Below, in pieces: positions 8,694-18,452 of a stretch of 54,917 nucleotides of DNA (positions are counted from its first letter, which is position 1; each line of letters opens with the position of its first letter). This stretch comes from Candidatus Undinarchaeales archaeon. GTDB lineage: Archaea; Undinarchaeota; Undinarchaeia; Undinarchaeales; JALTGF01. The stretch lies in NCBI GenBank assembly GCA_046483005.1, contig JAWOEA010000008.1, forward strand, positions 1-54,917. The letters are read 5' to 3'. Below the pieces are notes generated by a model. It was given only the letters and a program-made list of their open reading frames with translations, was not told the DNA's origin and searched no databases. Position numbers and translations under genes: made by a program.

Positions 8694-8876
8694 GATTATT
8701 TCTAGAGTAAATTAACAGCGTTTCTTGACTTAATTGCTAAGGACTACGCTTATGTTACTTAACACAGCCGGGTGGCTGTTTCAAAGCAGACTCTGCCACC
8801 CAAAACCTTTATAAACCAAATCTCCTATCAATATACCGAACTTAATTGTACTGATTCTAACAATGAGGTGGATGAA

Positions 8877-9518
8877 TTGGACGCCAAAAAAATAGACGAA
8901 AATTTAAAGAAATATTTGAAAGGAACAACTACAGTCGGAATAGTATGCGACGAAGGAGTAGTCGTGGCCAGCGACAGCAGAGCTACTATGGGCTTCATGA
9001 TTTCTGACAAAGAAGCAAGAAAAATATACAAGATTAATGACAAACTTGCAATGACAACTGCAGGTATGGTCGGAGACAATCAAACATTAGTCAGGATAAT
9101 GAGAGCTCAGTCAAATCTTCAGAAAATGGAAGGAGACGGACTTTCAGTAAAAATGGCTGCAACTCTTCTTGCAAACATATTAAATCAGCAGAGATACTTC
9201 CCGTTTTTGGCTCAGGTTATTATCGGAGGACATGACAAAAAGGGAGGCCATGTATTTGAATTAGATCCTGTAGGCGGAATTTCTGAGAAAAATGTCGCAT
9301 CAACAGGTTCAGGATCACCGGTTGCATATGGTGTTCTTGAAAGGGAATATAAAGAAGGAATAAGCATTGAAGAAGGAAAGAAAATGGCCGCACATGCAAT
9401 TAATTCAGCTCTTGAAAGGGATGCTGCAACTGGAAACAATGTCAGAATTGTAGTTATTGATAAAGACGGATACAAAGAAGTTGAAGAAAAAGAAATTAAG
9501 AAACTTCTAAGTGAATAA
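8877..9518 (+). CDS. psmB: Proteasome beta subunit (start uncertain: TTG 8877, GTG 8868 or GTG 8772)
   Basis: Propeptide followed by active-site 'G|TTTVGI'. TATA-like 'ctttataaa' (~8806) and SD-like 'tgaggtg' (8864-8870) favour the internal start. The track ORF begins at GTG 8772. Confidence 0.85.
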   Translation: MDAKKIDENLKKYLKGTTTVGIVCDEGVVVASDSRATMGFMISDKEARKIYKINDKLAMTTAGMVGDNQTLVRIMRAQSNLQKMEGDGLSVKMAATLLANILNQQRYFPFLAQVIIGGHDKKGGHVFELDPVGGISEKNVASTGSGSPVAYGVLEREYKEGISIEEGKKMAAHAINSALERDAATGNNVRIVVIDKDGYKEVEEKEIKKLLSE

Positions 9519-9575
9519 AAAATTTAGAATTATTTTGTGAAAAACCTGAAAATCAATTGAAAAAGACTAACGATT

Positions 9576-11483
9576 ATGAAATTCTTAGAACAATTAAAGA
9601 AAGAACTGCCTGATAAAGCAGAGGTAGAGGATATTACCCTTGAAGGGAGCAAGATAGTTATCCTTACCAAAAATCCAGACTTTTTCAGGAAGAACTCTCA
9701 TTTTATAAAGGAGACTGTAGATAAATTTAAGAAAAGAGTAGAAATCAGGACTCATTCATCTATATTGATGGATCAGGAAGAAGCTGAAGAGAAAATTAGA
9801 GAGATAGTTCCAGAAGAGGCAGATATTAAAAATATAATATTTTTAACCGAACTGAGCAGAGTTATTATTGAGGCCAGAAAACTGGGACTCGTCATAGGTA
9901 AAAACGGAAGCACCCTGCATGAAATTAAAAATAAAACTAAGTGGACCCCAAAAATTGAAAGAATGCCGGTTATTAAATCTCAGATTACGGATATAATCAG
10001 ACAAGTTCTCTATAATAATGTAGAAGACAGGAAAAAATTCCTAGAAGAGCTTGGAAAAAAGATACCTCCTAAACTGAACGGAAAAGAAACGGAAGATGAA
10101 ACTTGGGTTCGTTTAACATCACTAGGAGGATTCCGAGAAATAGGAAGAACTTCTTTACTTGTACAAACTCCGGACAGTAAAATATTGATTGACTGCGGAG
10201 TAAATGTAGCAACAGAAGGAAATGGAGCATACCCTTATTTAGCTGCTCCGGAATTTAATATTAAAGAGCTTGATGCAGTTTGTATTACACACGCACACCT
10301 GGATCATAGTGGATTTCTTCCCTATTTATTCAAATACGGGTATAAAGGACCAGTATATTGCACCCCTGCTACAAGGGACTTAATGACTCTCTTACAGCTT
10401 GATTATGTTGATATTGCTCAGAGAGAAGGTAAGAAGGTGCCTTACACGAAGAGGGACATAGAAGATGTAATAAAGCATACAATTACGGTTGATTGGGAGG
10501 AAGTTACAGACATTACAAAGGATACCAGATTAACATTATATAATTCAGGGCACATTCTTGGCGCTTCGCAGGTTCATTTACATGTAGGAGAAGGTCTGCA
10601 CAATTTGATTTATACGGGGGACGTTAAAACAGTCAATACTAATTTATTCCAGGGAGCGACTTCTAAATTTATGAGATTGGAAACATTGATAATGGAGGCA
10701 ACCTACGGAGGAAAAAAAGATGACCAGCCTTCTTTGAAGGATGCAGAAGAACATTTTATTGGAAATATTAAAAAAACACTGGAGAGAGGAGGAAAAGCAC
10801 TTGTTCCTGTTCTTGCAGTAGGCAGAGCGCAGGAAGTGATGGTTGTTCTTGAAAAATATCACAGAGAGAATAAACTTCCTGAAGACCTAAATATTTACCT
10901 TGACGGAATGATATGGGATGCTACTGCAATTCATACTGCATATCCTGAAAATCTTTCCAAAAAATTGAGGCAGAGAATTTTCCATGAAGACGACAATCCA
11001 TTTATGTCTGAAATTTTCAACAGAATAGGCTCACAGAAAGAGAGAAAATCATTAATTGAAGATGGAAAACCTGCAGTTATTCTTGCAACATCAGGAATGC
11101 TTACAGGAGGACCAAGTATAGAATACTTTAGAAATCTTGCAGATGATAAGAAGAACAGTCTTCTATTTGTTTCATATCAGGCAGAAGGAACTCTCGGAGG
11201 CAGAATACAGAGAGGAAAGAGAACAGTTGCCCTTGAAGGTAAAAAAGGAAAAACAGAAGCAGTTGAAGTAGAATTAGATGTTGATACTATTGAAGGATTT
11301 TCAGGGCACTCAGACCGAAGTGATTTAATGAATTTTGTAGGCAGAATGAAACCAAGACCGAACAAAGTGCTTGTATGCCACGGAGAGAACTCAAAATGTA
11401 TTGATTTGGCAAGCTCATTATATAAAAAATATAATTTAGATACATACGCTCCAAAGAATCTTGAGACTATCAGACTTAAATAA
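9576..11483 (+). CDS. aCPSF1 / FttA (KH-KH + MBL + beta-CASP ribonuclease, transcription termination factor)
   Basis: 635 aa. N-terminal KH modules ('GLVIGKNGSTLHEI'), MBL 'ITHAHLDHSG', beta-CASP and C-terminal 'GFSGHSDRSDL', 'CHGE'. Confidence 0.9.
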   Translation: MKFLEQLKKELPDKAEVEDITLEGSKIVILTKNPDFFRKNSHFIKETVDKFKKRVEIRTHSSILMDQEEAEEKIREIVPEEADIKNIIFLTELSRVIIEARKLGLVIGKNGSTLHEIKNKTKWTPKIERMPVIKSQITDIIRQVLYNNVEDRKKFLEELGKKIPPKLNGKETEDETWVRLTSLGGFREIGRTSLLVQTPDSKILIDCGVNVATEGNGAYPYLAAPEFNIKELDAVCITHAHLDHSGFLPYLFKYGYKGPVYCTPATRDLMTLLQLDYVDIAQREGKKVPYTKRDIEDVIKHTITVDWEEVTDITKDTRLTLYNSGHILGASQVHLHVGEGLHNLIYTGDVKTVNTNLFQGATSKFMRLETLIMEATYGGKKDDQPSLKDAEEHFIGNIKKTLERGGKALVPVLAVGRAQEVMVVLEKYHRENKLPEDLNIYLDGMIWDATAIHTAYPENLSKKLRQRIFHEDDNPFMSEIFNRIGSQKERKSLIEDGKPAVILATSGMLTGGPSIEYFRNLADDKKNSLLFVSYQAEGTLGGRIQRGKRTVALEGKKGKTEAVEVELDVDTIEGFSGHSDRSDLMNFVGRMKPRPNKVLVCHGENSKCIDLASSLYKKYNLDTYAPKNLETIRLK

Positions 11484-11547
11484 ATTTTACTGGCTTGGAA
11501 TAAAAGACAGACTAAGAGCGCCCCTGTATAATTTCTATATTAAAAAT

Positions 11548-11967
11548 TTACTGGCTCTGGCTTCCAGGAGAAGATGCTTCCCCGGCCTTTGAGATTTCTG
11601 AGGATGCTCCTCTGTGGATTTTAACAGATGGAGGGGTTACAACAATTATGTCCTCTTTTACTCCGGCAATATCTCCGCCAATCGCAGTAGTTGTTCTCTG
11701 GATTCTCTTCAATGCTCTTTTGAGTTCCATTTTTTCCTGAACTAATCTAGGTTTTACCTTAATTATTAAGATATTGTTTCTATCCCTTAGATAATCCAGA
11801 ACATGTTCAACATCCTGAAACTCTTTAAGAGTAACTACTCGGATAAACTCTTTTGAGTCTTTGGATTTACCGGACCAGTCTACTTCTACATATTTAGGTT
11901 CTTTAGAAACTGATGTAGGCGTTTTCGAAAGTTTCTTTGGTTTTAAGATGTCATTAAGTACTCCCAT
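11548..11967 (-). CDS. sepF: Cell division protein SepF-like
   Basis: C-terminal DUF552-like core 'VVTLKEFQDVEHVLDYLRDRNNILIIKV...AIGGDIAGV..DIIVVTP'. Confidence 0.7.
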   Translation of the reverse strand: MGVLNDILKPKKLSKTPTSVSKEPKYVEVDWSGKSKDSKEFIRVVTLKEFQDVEHVLDYLRDRNNILIIKVKPRLVQEKMELKRALKRIQRTTTAIGGDIAGVKEDIIVVTPPSVKIHRGASSEISKAGEASSPGSQSQ

Positions 11968-12030
11968 ATTAAGTTTCCTCCTTCCCTTCTTAAATTATAA
12001 TCAGAGTTTAAATAGTTTTCTCAAAACTAA

Positions 12031-13014
12031 TCAGCTTGTTTTGCTTTTTACTTCTTTAATGAGATATTTGAACATTTCATTTTCTTTCCCTGTTTCAGGA
12101 CCATTTGCTCCGGCAGCTGTTGGGTGTCCGCTCCCTGAGCCTCCTATTATTTTAGCAATTCCCTGAATTACTTCTTTTCCTAAATCAATGTTTGTCTTTT
12201 TATAGAAATTTGAAGAAGCTCTCATACTTACTCTTGTTTCATTCTTCTTTTTTGAAGTTACAAGAGCTACATCCGCACCTGCTCTAATTAAAGCTCTTGC
12301 AGAAGAAGCCTCAAATGAGCCGATTGTTGACTGTGCAATGATGAAGTCTCCTATTCGCTTGTATTTTACTCTTTTAAGTGCCTTAATTCTCGCTATTCTT
12401 TCAGAAACATCAAGAGGAGTATTCAAAGTGTTAAGAATTTCAGGAAGCTCGATATTAAACTGCTCCATTAATTCAGACAGCATCTTAAAGTTGTTCAGTT
12501 TTGCATACCTCAAATGAGCAGTCTCCGCAACCATTCCAAATAAGAGCTCAAATGCTGTTTTTCTGTCCATTTCTATGTCAAGCTCTTTAAGGAGATCATA
12601 AACAAGTTCAACAGTTGAGCTTGCGTCCTCTAAAATGAGTTTTTTGTCTGCTTTTACTGGTTTTCCACTTTTAGGATGGTGATCTATAATTATCTTGTAA
12701 ATATCTGATTCTTTAATTTCTTTGTAAAAATTGCCAAGCGGTCCTCTGCTCGAAACGTCAAGTAATATTAAAGCGTCTGAATCTAAAGAAGGGTTAATTT
12801 CAACATTAACGTCTTCTTCTAAAATGTTTTTAGAAAGGGCGCTCACTGATTCAACAGCAGCTAATCTGGTCTTTATTCCAATCTTCTTCAGTAGTTTATA
12901 GAGAACAAGAGCACTGCAGAAAGAGTCAGGGTCTGCATTTTTATGAGACAGCAGAATAACTTCTTTTCCCTTAAAACCTTTCAGGGAATCAGCAAGTTCT
13001 TTAATTTTTTTCAA
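12031..13014 (-). CDS. DHH/DHHA1 family phosphoesterase (NrnA-like)
   Basis: 'LLSHKNADPDS', 'IIIDHHP', DHHA1 'GGSGSGHPTAAGA'. Confidence 0.75.
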   Translation of the reverse strand: MKKIKELADSLKGFKGKEVILLSHKNADPDSFCSALVLYKLLKKIGIKTRLAAVESVSALSKNILEEDVNVEINPSLDSDALILLDVSSRGPLGNFYKEIKESDIYKIIIDHHPKSGKPVKADKKLILEDASSTVELVYDLLKELDIEMDRKTAFELLFGMVAETAHLRYAKLNNFKMLSELMEQFNIELPEILNTLNTPLDVSERIARIKALKRVKYKRIGDFIIAQSTIGSFEASSARALIRAGADVALVTSKKKNETRVSMRASSNFYKKTNIDLGKEVIQGIAKIIGGSGSGHPTAAGANGPETGKENEMFKYLIKEVKSKTS

Positions 13015-13026
13015 TCTGCTCTCTCC

Positions 13027-13377
13027 TTATTTGCCCATTGAGCCTTGTAGTCTGTCCTGAATTCCTTTAAGCTTGTCTGTCAGCTTCTTTTCTTTTTCAC
13101 TCATAGATTTTAAACGAACATCCAGAGATTCAACTTTTTCAGAAAGTTCTTTTTCAACATCTTTCTTACTTGTTTTTATTAAAATTGAACCTACAGATTT
13201 GTGCACTTCTGCTTTGTCTCTGCCTTTGAGTTCGTCCAGTGCATTTTCAGCTTCTTTCTTTTCAACTTGAAGCTGCTGCTTCTGTGACATAAGCATTCTT
13301 GCTTTCTGCTGAGTTTCCTGATATTCAGCAAGCTTTTTCTGCATTTCAGGTGTCATTTGTTTATTCAAATTTATCAA
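13027..13377 (-). CDS. pfdB: Prefoldin beta subunit
   Basis: 116-aa coiled-coil/beta-hairpin/coiled-coil layout ('VHKSVGSILIKTSK') in the superoperon context. Confidence 0.8.
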   Translation of the reverse strand: MINLNKQMTPEMQKKLAEYQETQQKARMLMSQKQQLQVEKKEAENALDELKGRDKAEVHKSVGSILIKTSKKDVEKELSEKVESLDVRLKSMSEKEKKLTDKLKGIQDRLQGSMGK

Positions 13378-13591
13378 CCTCGTTTAATGTATTTATTAGT
13401 CTTAGATATGAATTTACCGCCGCTCTCATAGCTGTTAAATCATCGGCGTTAACTTTCAATATGATATGATCCTTTGAAGGAACGAGTTCAACTTCAAATC
13501 TAGGCGCTTTATCAATATCCGGCTCCAAAGCCGTAATTACCTGCTTAGGATTTTCAGCCTCTATTTTAATTTCAGCGCTTGTCTTCATCAA
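13361..13591 (-). CDS. KEOPS subunit Pcc1-like
   Basis: 76 aa, 'AVNSYLRLINTLNEV' Pcc1-type C-terminal helix. Usual neighbourhood with prefoldin and RpoP. Confidence 0.6.
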   Translation of the reverse strand: MMKTSAEIKIEAENPKQVITALEPDIDKAPRFEVELVPSKDHIILKVNADDLTAMRAAVNSYLRLINTLNEVDKFE

Positions 13592-13598
13592 AGAATAT

Positions 13599-13742
13599 TT
13601 ACTCCGCCTTTACTTTTCTTGCGACGGATTGTCTTACTTTGAAAAATATTTTGTGCCTGCACTTAGGACACTGTATGCTTCCACTAGAATCTCTAGGTTC
13701 TTCAACTACATTTCCGCAGTTTCCGCATTTATATTCCGGCAT
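13599..13742 (-). CDS. rpoP: DNA-directed RNA polymerase subunit P (Rpo12)
   Basis: Not in the ORF track (<60 aa). My translation is MPEYKCGNCGNVVEEPRDSSGSIQCPKCRHKIFFKVRQSVARKVKAE, with a CxxC...CxxC zinc ribbon. It starts directly after the L37Ae stop. Confidence 0.8.
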   Translation of the reverse strand: MPEYKCGNCGNVVEEPRDSSGSIQCPKCRHKIFFKVRQSVARKVKAE

Positions 13743-14015
13743 CTACTCCTCCACCTCTTCGGGCACTAATTCAGTTACTTTCTTTGAAACTGCAACTTTT
13801 GAGGAAGGTTTGTAGGAAGGTCCTGCAAATTTATTTCCACATCTGCTGCATTTCCATATACCGCTGGAAAGTCTCTTCACTCTGTCAGCGCCGCATTCGG
13901 AGCATTTGTAGTTCTTTTTACTCTGCTTTTCTATTTCCCGTACGCGAAGCTTTATTTTTCTTCCATATCTTGCACCAAATCTTCCAGTGCTTTTTACTTT
14001 TTTTGTTTTAGCCAT
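13743..14015 (-). CDS. rpl37ae: 50S ribosomal protein L37Ae (eL43)
   Basis: 'MAKTKKVKSTGRFGARYG' and a 'CSECG...CSRCG' zinc ribbon. I chose the internal ATG (14013-14015) over the extended track ORF. Confidence 0.9.
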   Translation of the reverse strand: MAKTKKVKSTGRFGARYGRKIKLRVREIEKQSKKNYKCSECGADRVKRLSSGIWKCSRCGNKFAGPSYKPSSKVAVSKKVTELVPEEVEE

Positions 14016-14088
14016 TTGATTAGTATTCAGGTAATCGGTATTCGGTTTGCGTATACCCAATACCAATACCTATTTACTCTCCTTTGCT

Positions 14089-14841
14089 TTATTTAAGTAG
14101 TTTTCGCAGTTCTTTTGTCGTATCTACTGCGACATCTACGCATTCCAGTACTTCATCTTTCATCCAATAACCGCTTCCGCCTTTCTGCATTGCACAGACT
14201 TTATTGTTGTCTTCGATTGCAATGGTAAGACGAGCATCAAGAACCTCTTCCTCTTCCTTTACAGGATCGAGAATTATGTGGTCATTGATTTTTGCAAATG
14301 TATTTGCAATTGGTTTTTTCTTTATTGGAAGCTTTCCGAAATCAGGAATTTCTGTATCCCAGAGTGCTGCTATTGCACCTAAAGCGGAAGTGTCCATAAA
14401 GTTTCCATCGTGGTCCAGTACATATGAATCAACAGCCACTGACATTACTTCTTCTCCTGGTGTGATGCATAGTTCGCTGAAGTCAATCGCTCCGCTTTCT
14501 CTGATTCCTCTGTCTACTACTCTAGCAAGTTCAATTGCTTCTTCTCTTGGAGGTCCTGTTTCAAACAGAGATGAAGCAAGTGGAACTAATTCTGCTCCTG
14601 ACCTTAGAATTCCTTCGTCAGGAGAGTCTGGATAAGGTTCACCAGTTCCGATTTTTACTCCGCAAGCTACCTGTGTATTGCCGATTTTTGCAATTGCAGA
14701 ACCTTCTGCTCTTCCAAGTTCGCCTGTTTTTATTTCAATATCTCTATATTCGTAAAAATCTCTTCCGTCGAGTCTTTCTCCTTCATCTAAAGCAGAAACG
14801 ACTGTTTTTCTCTGTAGTTTTGGAACTATTTGTTTTTTCAT
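14089..14841 (-). CDS. rrp42: Exosome complex component Rrp42
   Basis: RNase PH-like inactive subunit ('RLDGRDFYEYR'), downstream of and overlapping rrp41. Confidence 0.85.
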   Translation of the reverse strand: MKKQIVPKLQRKTVVSALDEGERLDGRDFYEYRDIEIKTGELGRAEGSAIAKIGNTQVACGVKIGTGEPYPDSPDEGILRSGAELVPLASSLFETGPPREEAIELARVVDRGIRESGAIDFSELCITPGEEVMSVAVDSYVLDHDGNFMDTSALGAIAALWDTEIPDFGKLPIKKKPIANTFAKINDHIILDPVKEEEEVLDARLTIAIEDNNKVCAMQKGGSGYWMKDEVLECVDVAVDTTKELRKLLK

Positions 14842-15554
14842 TCTTTATACCTCTCTTTCAATGCTTTCTTTTGTAATTTGTGCAATTCCTTGCATCCGTA
14901 GACTGCATAATCTACAGCTTTTTCAAATTCTTTTTTGGTTAAAAGACCGTCCATCTGAAGCATAGTTATCCTGTCATCATTTTGAGTATATGCTATCGGG
15001 ACATCAGCCTGTCCATAGTTGTCCTCTTTTCCGCATAAGTCGAGAACTACTTCTCCGCCGATTTTTCCGGCTGCACAAGACGCAACCATATCAGTCATTT
15101 CAATTCCTGCATCCGCCAAAGCAACTGAAGCTCCGGTTAAACCGGTAACTCTTGTTCCTCCGTCAGACTGAAGAATTTCCATGAAAACATCAATTACTGT
15201 TTTCGGATACTTTTCTAAAGGAATAACTGATTCCAGCGCCTGTCTTGTTACTTTTCCAATTTCTCTTGATCTTCTGTCAGGTCCTGGTCTTTTTCTGTCG
15301 TCAACTGAGAAAGGCATCATATCATACCTCATTCTCAAAACAGCTTTTGTTGGTTCAATTAAATGTCGCGGGTGCATTACTCTAGGGCCAATAACGCCTA
15401 CTATTGCATGTGTACCCCCTACTTCGATATAAGCTGAACCATCTGCCTGTTCAAGAACTCCTGCTTCAATTTTAACAGGTCTCAATTCCTTAGGCTTTCT
15501 TCCATCAATTCGTTTTCCGTCTTTTAACAAATCAATATCGCTTTTTCCTCCCAT
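14838..15554 (-). CDS. rrp41: Exosome complex exonuclease Rrp41 (RNase PH)
   Basis: 'RIDGRKPKELRPVKIE', 'GSAYIE.GGT', 'DGGTR' phosphate-binding motifs. Confidence 0.9.
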   Translation of the reverse strand: MGGKSDIDLLKDGKRIDGRKPKELRPVKIEAGVLEQADGSAYIEVGGTHAIVGVIGPRVMHPRHLIEPTKAVLRMRYDMMPFSVDDRKRPGPDRRSREIGKVTRQALESVIPLEKYPKTVIDVFMEILQSDGGTRVTGLTGASVALADAGIEMTDMVASCAAGKIGGEVVLDLCGKEDNYGQADVPIAYTQNDDRITMLQMDGLLTKKEFEKAVDYAVYGCKELHKLQKKALKERYKE

Positions 15555-15555
15555 T

Positions 15556-16413
15556 TTACTCTTCCTCCTTTACTTTCGTTGGTTTAAGCTTCTTCTTTTT
15601 CTTTGACTTCTTGCTCTTTTTTGATTTTTTAGACTTCTTTTTCTTTTTAGGTTTGGATTTCTTCTTTGATTTTTTCTCTTCTTTTTTCTCTGCGCCTTTC
15701 TTTTTTGTTTTCTTTTTCTTTCCTTTCTTTTTAAGCGCTTTTTCCATTTCTTTGTCAAGGAAGTCCTCAACCTTTTCAGTAAGTCCGGAAGTATGGGCTT
15801 CTTTTTCAATTAACCTGACAGCTCTTGTTGCTACTGTCGGATAATCTCCTTTGAGCCAGACGAATCCGTTTTGTCCGACAATGATTTTACAGCCGGTCTT
15901 CGACTTTATCATCTGAACCATCGTTCCTTTTCTTCCGATTACTCTCGGAACCCTTGCAGGATTTATTTCTATTAAACGGCCGTCTTTTAGCTTGTGAAGT
16001 CCTCTTTCTTTCATTGTCAATCCGACAACTGTCGCTTTTGAAACATCTAATACTTTCGCAAGGACAGTGTCTCCAACGCCGTAAATTTTTGAAAGGTCTT
16101 CGTCTCTTTCAACATATCTCTCTGTTGCATTTGATATATTCATATTTGCTGAGTATGCTGAATTCAAGTCTACAGACCATCTCGAAAAAGAAATATCCGT
16201 AACGACGCCTATCACAAGGTCGTTTTCTTTAGGCATATATCTCCCATTTAACGGGATTACCTTTATAAAATTCTTTTTCGCATCTACAAGACCCATTACA
16301 TTTGCATAGGCCTTTTCGCTTTTCTTAAATGCTCCTTCTCCGAGCAAACAATCTCCCTCGGCCAATAATTCGCCGGGGACTACTATTTCTCTATTTTTTA
16401 CTTTTAATTTCAT
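15556..16413 (-). CDS. rrp4: Exosome complex RNA-binding subunit Rrp4 (S1 + KH) with ~58-aa poly-Lys tail
   Basis: S1 ('GDLVIGVVTDISFSRWSVDL') and KH ('VIGRKGTMVQMIK..TGCKIIVGQNG') regions, then K/S-rich low-complexity tail. Confidence 0.85.
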   Translation of the reverse strand: MKLKVKNREIVVPGELLAEGDCLLGEGAFKKSEKAYANVMGLVDAKKNFIKVIPLNGRYMPKENDLVIGVVTDISFSRWSVDLNSAYSANMNISNATERYVERDEDLSKIYGVGDTVLAKVLDVSKATVVGLTMKERGLHKLKDGRLIEINPARVPRVIGRKGTMVQMIKSKTGCKIIVGQNGFVWLKGDYPTVATRAVRLIEKEAHTSGLTEKVEDFLDKEMEKALKKKGKKKKTKKKGAEKKEEKKSKKKSKPKKKKKSKKSKKSKKSKKKKKLKPTKVKEEE

Positions 16414-16424
16414 TTTTTTCCTCC

Positions 16425-17120
16425 TTAATTTTCGATTCTCTTAAATTGTGCTTCTCCTTTTGCTATTTCTCCAATATCATCATATAAGTCCTTTTCCACT
16501 CCCGCGGGGATTTTTACAACTGCTTTCAAGGTTCCATCGTTGAGCCAGTCCTCTTTCTGGACATTGTACTCTCGGATTTTACCATAAGCTTTTCCCGTAT
16601 ATGCGGGCGGGACTATAATTTCAATTTTTAATTGTTCAATGCTTATTGGTACGTATTCTCTGATAGCAGAGATTACATCCTCAACCTGCTCTTTGGCAGA
16701 TTTATTTGGATCTACAGAAACACCTGCCTCCTCCATCGCTCTTTCTATTCTTTCCGGTGGATTCGGCGCTTTTGTTTGTGGATTATAAGATTCTCGTGCA
16801 ATTATATTAACAACAGCTTTTCGGGTTTTCTTAACCATTTCTTTACGCTGTTCAGTCGTGTATTGAATTTTTCCTTTCTTCAGAATTTGCTTGGCAACTT
16901 CCATAAGATCAGTTGTTCCAAAAACTTCTTCCAAAGAACCTTCACCTGCTCTGTCTCCTTTTGAAGCATCCTTGAAAATATCTTCTACGGCAAGAATTTC
17001 TCTTATACCTATGTTTTTCCCATTTCTGAAACTTAGAGCTTTATCTGGGTCAACATAAATTTCAAAATCATGCCCTTCTCTTGAATAACGGGCTAAAACT
17101 GCGTCATCTATACTTACCAT
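16425..17120 (-). CDS. Ribosome maturation protein SDO1/SBDS
   Basis: 'ARYSREGHDFEIYVDPDKA', 231 aa, conserved position between rrp4 and psmA. Confidence 0.85.
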   Translation of the reverse strand: MVSIDDAVLARYSREGHDFEIYVDPDKALSFRNGKNIGIREILAVEDIFKDASKGDRAGEGSLEEVFGTTDLMEVAKQILKKGKIQYTTEQRKEMVKKTRKAVVNIIARESYNPQTKAPNPPERIERAMEEAGVSVDPNKSAKEQVEDVISAIREYVPISIEQLKIEIIVPPAYTGKAYGKIREYNVQKEDWLNDGTLKAVVKIPAGVEKDLYDDIGEIAKGEAQFKRIEN

Positions 17121-17132
17121 CTTATTTGCAAC

Positions 17133-17921
17133 TTATTTTTTCTCTTCTTTGCTTGGAGACTTCTTCTTTGAACTAGATGACTTTGATTTGCTTCCAGTAG
17201 CCATTTCTTTCTTAACTTTTGAAATGTGCTTTTCAAGTTCTTTATTATCTAGTTTCTCGAAGTCTTTGTCTTTTTCTATGTACGCAAGTTCCAGACTTTT
17301 TGCATTAAACCGCTCTTCTGTTCCGGAATAAAAAGCCTTTAAAGCAAGATCTGTTGCTTCTTCTCTTGACATTCCTTCCTTGTAATTCTTTTCAAGAATT
17401 TCTCTGACTTTATCGGAATTTTCTCCGATTGCTGTCGACTTATATTCCCAGAATGAGCCTGAAGGGTCTGTTTCAAACAAGTGCGGTCCGTTGTTTACGC
17501 CTGCTATTAACAGAGCAGTACCGAATGGTCGAACTCCTGCTATCTGTGTATGCATTTGTTCGTAATCGCACAAGTCTCTAGTAAGCTTTCCAACTGGAAT
17601 TGAGTTATCAAATGTCATCTTATGGGACTGTGCAATTACCCGCGCTTTATCCACGAGGGATCTCCCGTCCGCAACTAAACCTGATGTTGCAGTTCCAATA
17701 TGTTCATCCAGCGGGTATATTTTTTCAACTGAATCTGGAACCATAAGTTCGTCTGTGACATTCTTGTCTGCTCCCAGCAGAACTCCGTCTGAATATACTA
17801 TTCCTAATGAAACAGTTCCTTTTTTAACTGCTTCTCTTGCGTATTCCACTTGGTATAATCTTCCTTGTGGTGAAAAGACCGTTATCGTACGGTCATAACC
17901 AAGCATTTTAGATGGTTGCAT
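17133..17921 (-). CDS. psmA: Proteasome alpha subunit
   Basis: 'YDRTITVFSPQGRLYQVEYA' signature. SD 'gaggaggt' upstream. K/S-rich C-terminal tail. Confidence 0.9.
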   Translation of the reverse strand: MQPSKMLGYDRTITVFSPQGRLYQVEYAREAVKKGTVSLGIVYSDGVLLGADKNVTDELMVPDSVEKIYPLDEHIGTATSGLVADGRSLVDKARVIAQSHKMTFDNSIPVGKLTRDLCDYEQMHTQIAGVRPFGTALLIAGVNNGPHLFETDPSGSFWEYKSTAIGENSDKVREILEKNYKEGMSREEATDLALKAFYSGTEERFNAKSLELAYIEKDKDFEKLDNKELEKHISKVKKEMATGSKSKSSSSKKKSPSKEEKK

Positions 17922-18110
17922 TCTTACCTCCTCTTAATTTTATCTTTTTATCTCTTATACACTGACAAATAGTCAATATAATCTATATAAGGGTTCTGGA
18001 TGATTTAAATACTTTTGGATATTGTTTTGAATAAAAATAATTCTTTTCCATATGGATAATAATTAGAAAAAAACACTACCTATTGTCTGTTATCAATTAT
18101 CTATTGTCGA

Positions 18111-18452
18111 TTAATTAAAATGCTTCTTTTTCAGCTTCTTAATGGTTCCTGAAACGCCTAAAGTAGTTACTGACGCCTTCTTTTTGTTGATTGAAGTTAT
18201 TGCCGTCAATGCCCCGAGGACTTCTGTTAGGGCTTTATTTGAACATCTGAGAATTCCCTTTTTCTTTTCTTTATTGTAATCAATGAGCCAGACATTCGTT
18301 TCAGAGGCGCCGGCTTCGCCGAAAAGCTGGAGAATTGAAGAAGTTATAGTATGTATAATGTTATTTTTTGAAGGTTTTGCTTCTGAAAATACAGAAAAGG
18401 CTATATACCTCCATGTTTCCTTCTGTGTTGCCCTGACTTTGAATTTTACCAT
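18111..18452 (-). CDS. rnp2: RNase P protein component 2 (Pop5)
   Basis: 'WRYIAFSV', 'GILRC', C-terminal 'GVSGTIKKLKKK' are Pop5-like. Adjacent to rpp30. Confidence 0.7.
   Translation of the reverse strand: MVKFKVRATQKETWRYIAFSVFSEAKPSKNNIIHTITSSILQLFGEAGASETNVWLIDYNKEKKKGILRCSNKALTEVLGALTAITSINKKKASVTTLGVSGTIKKLKKKHFN

Noticed and set aside
8694-8805. Short hairpins (cagcc-gggt-ggctg, gcag-act-ctgc) between csp and psmB as an ncRNA gene.
   Set aside because: The stems are short (4-5 bp) and are followed by the psmB TATA box. They are most simply a csp 3' end or terminator region, and the evidence is insufficient for an RNA gene.
15570-15809. Alternative-frame K/R-rich ORFs over lysine-coding tracts (15570-15809, 21914-22117, 26747-27145).
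   Set aside because: They are artefacts of AAR/GAA-rich low-complexity coding sequence, where any frame stays open. The main frames (Rrp4, the wHTH protein, the giant protein) are supported by upstream domain motifs.
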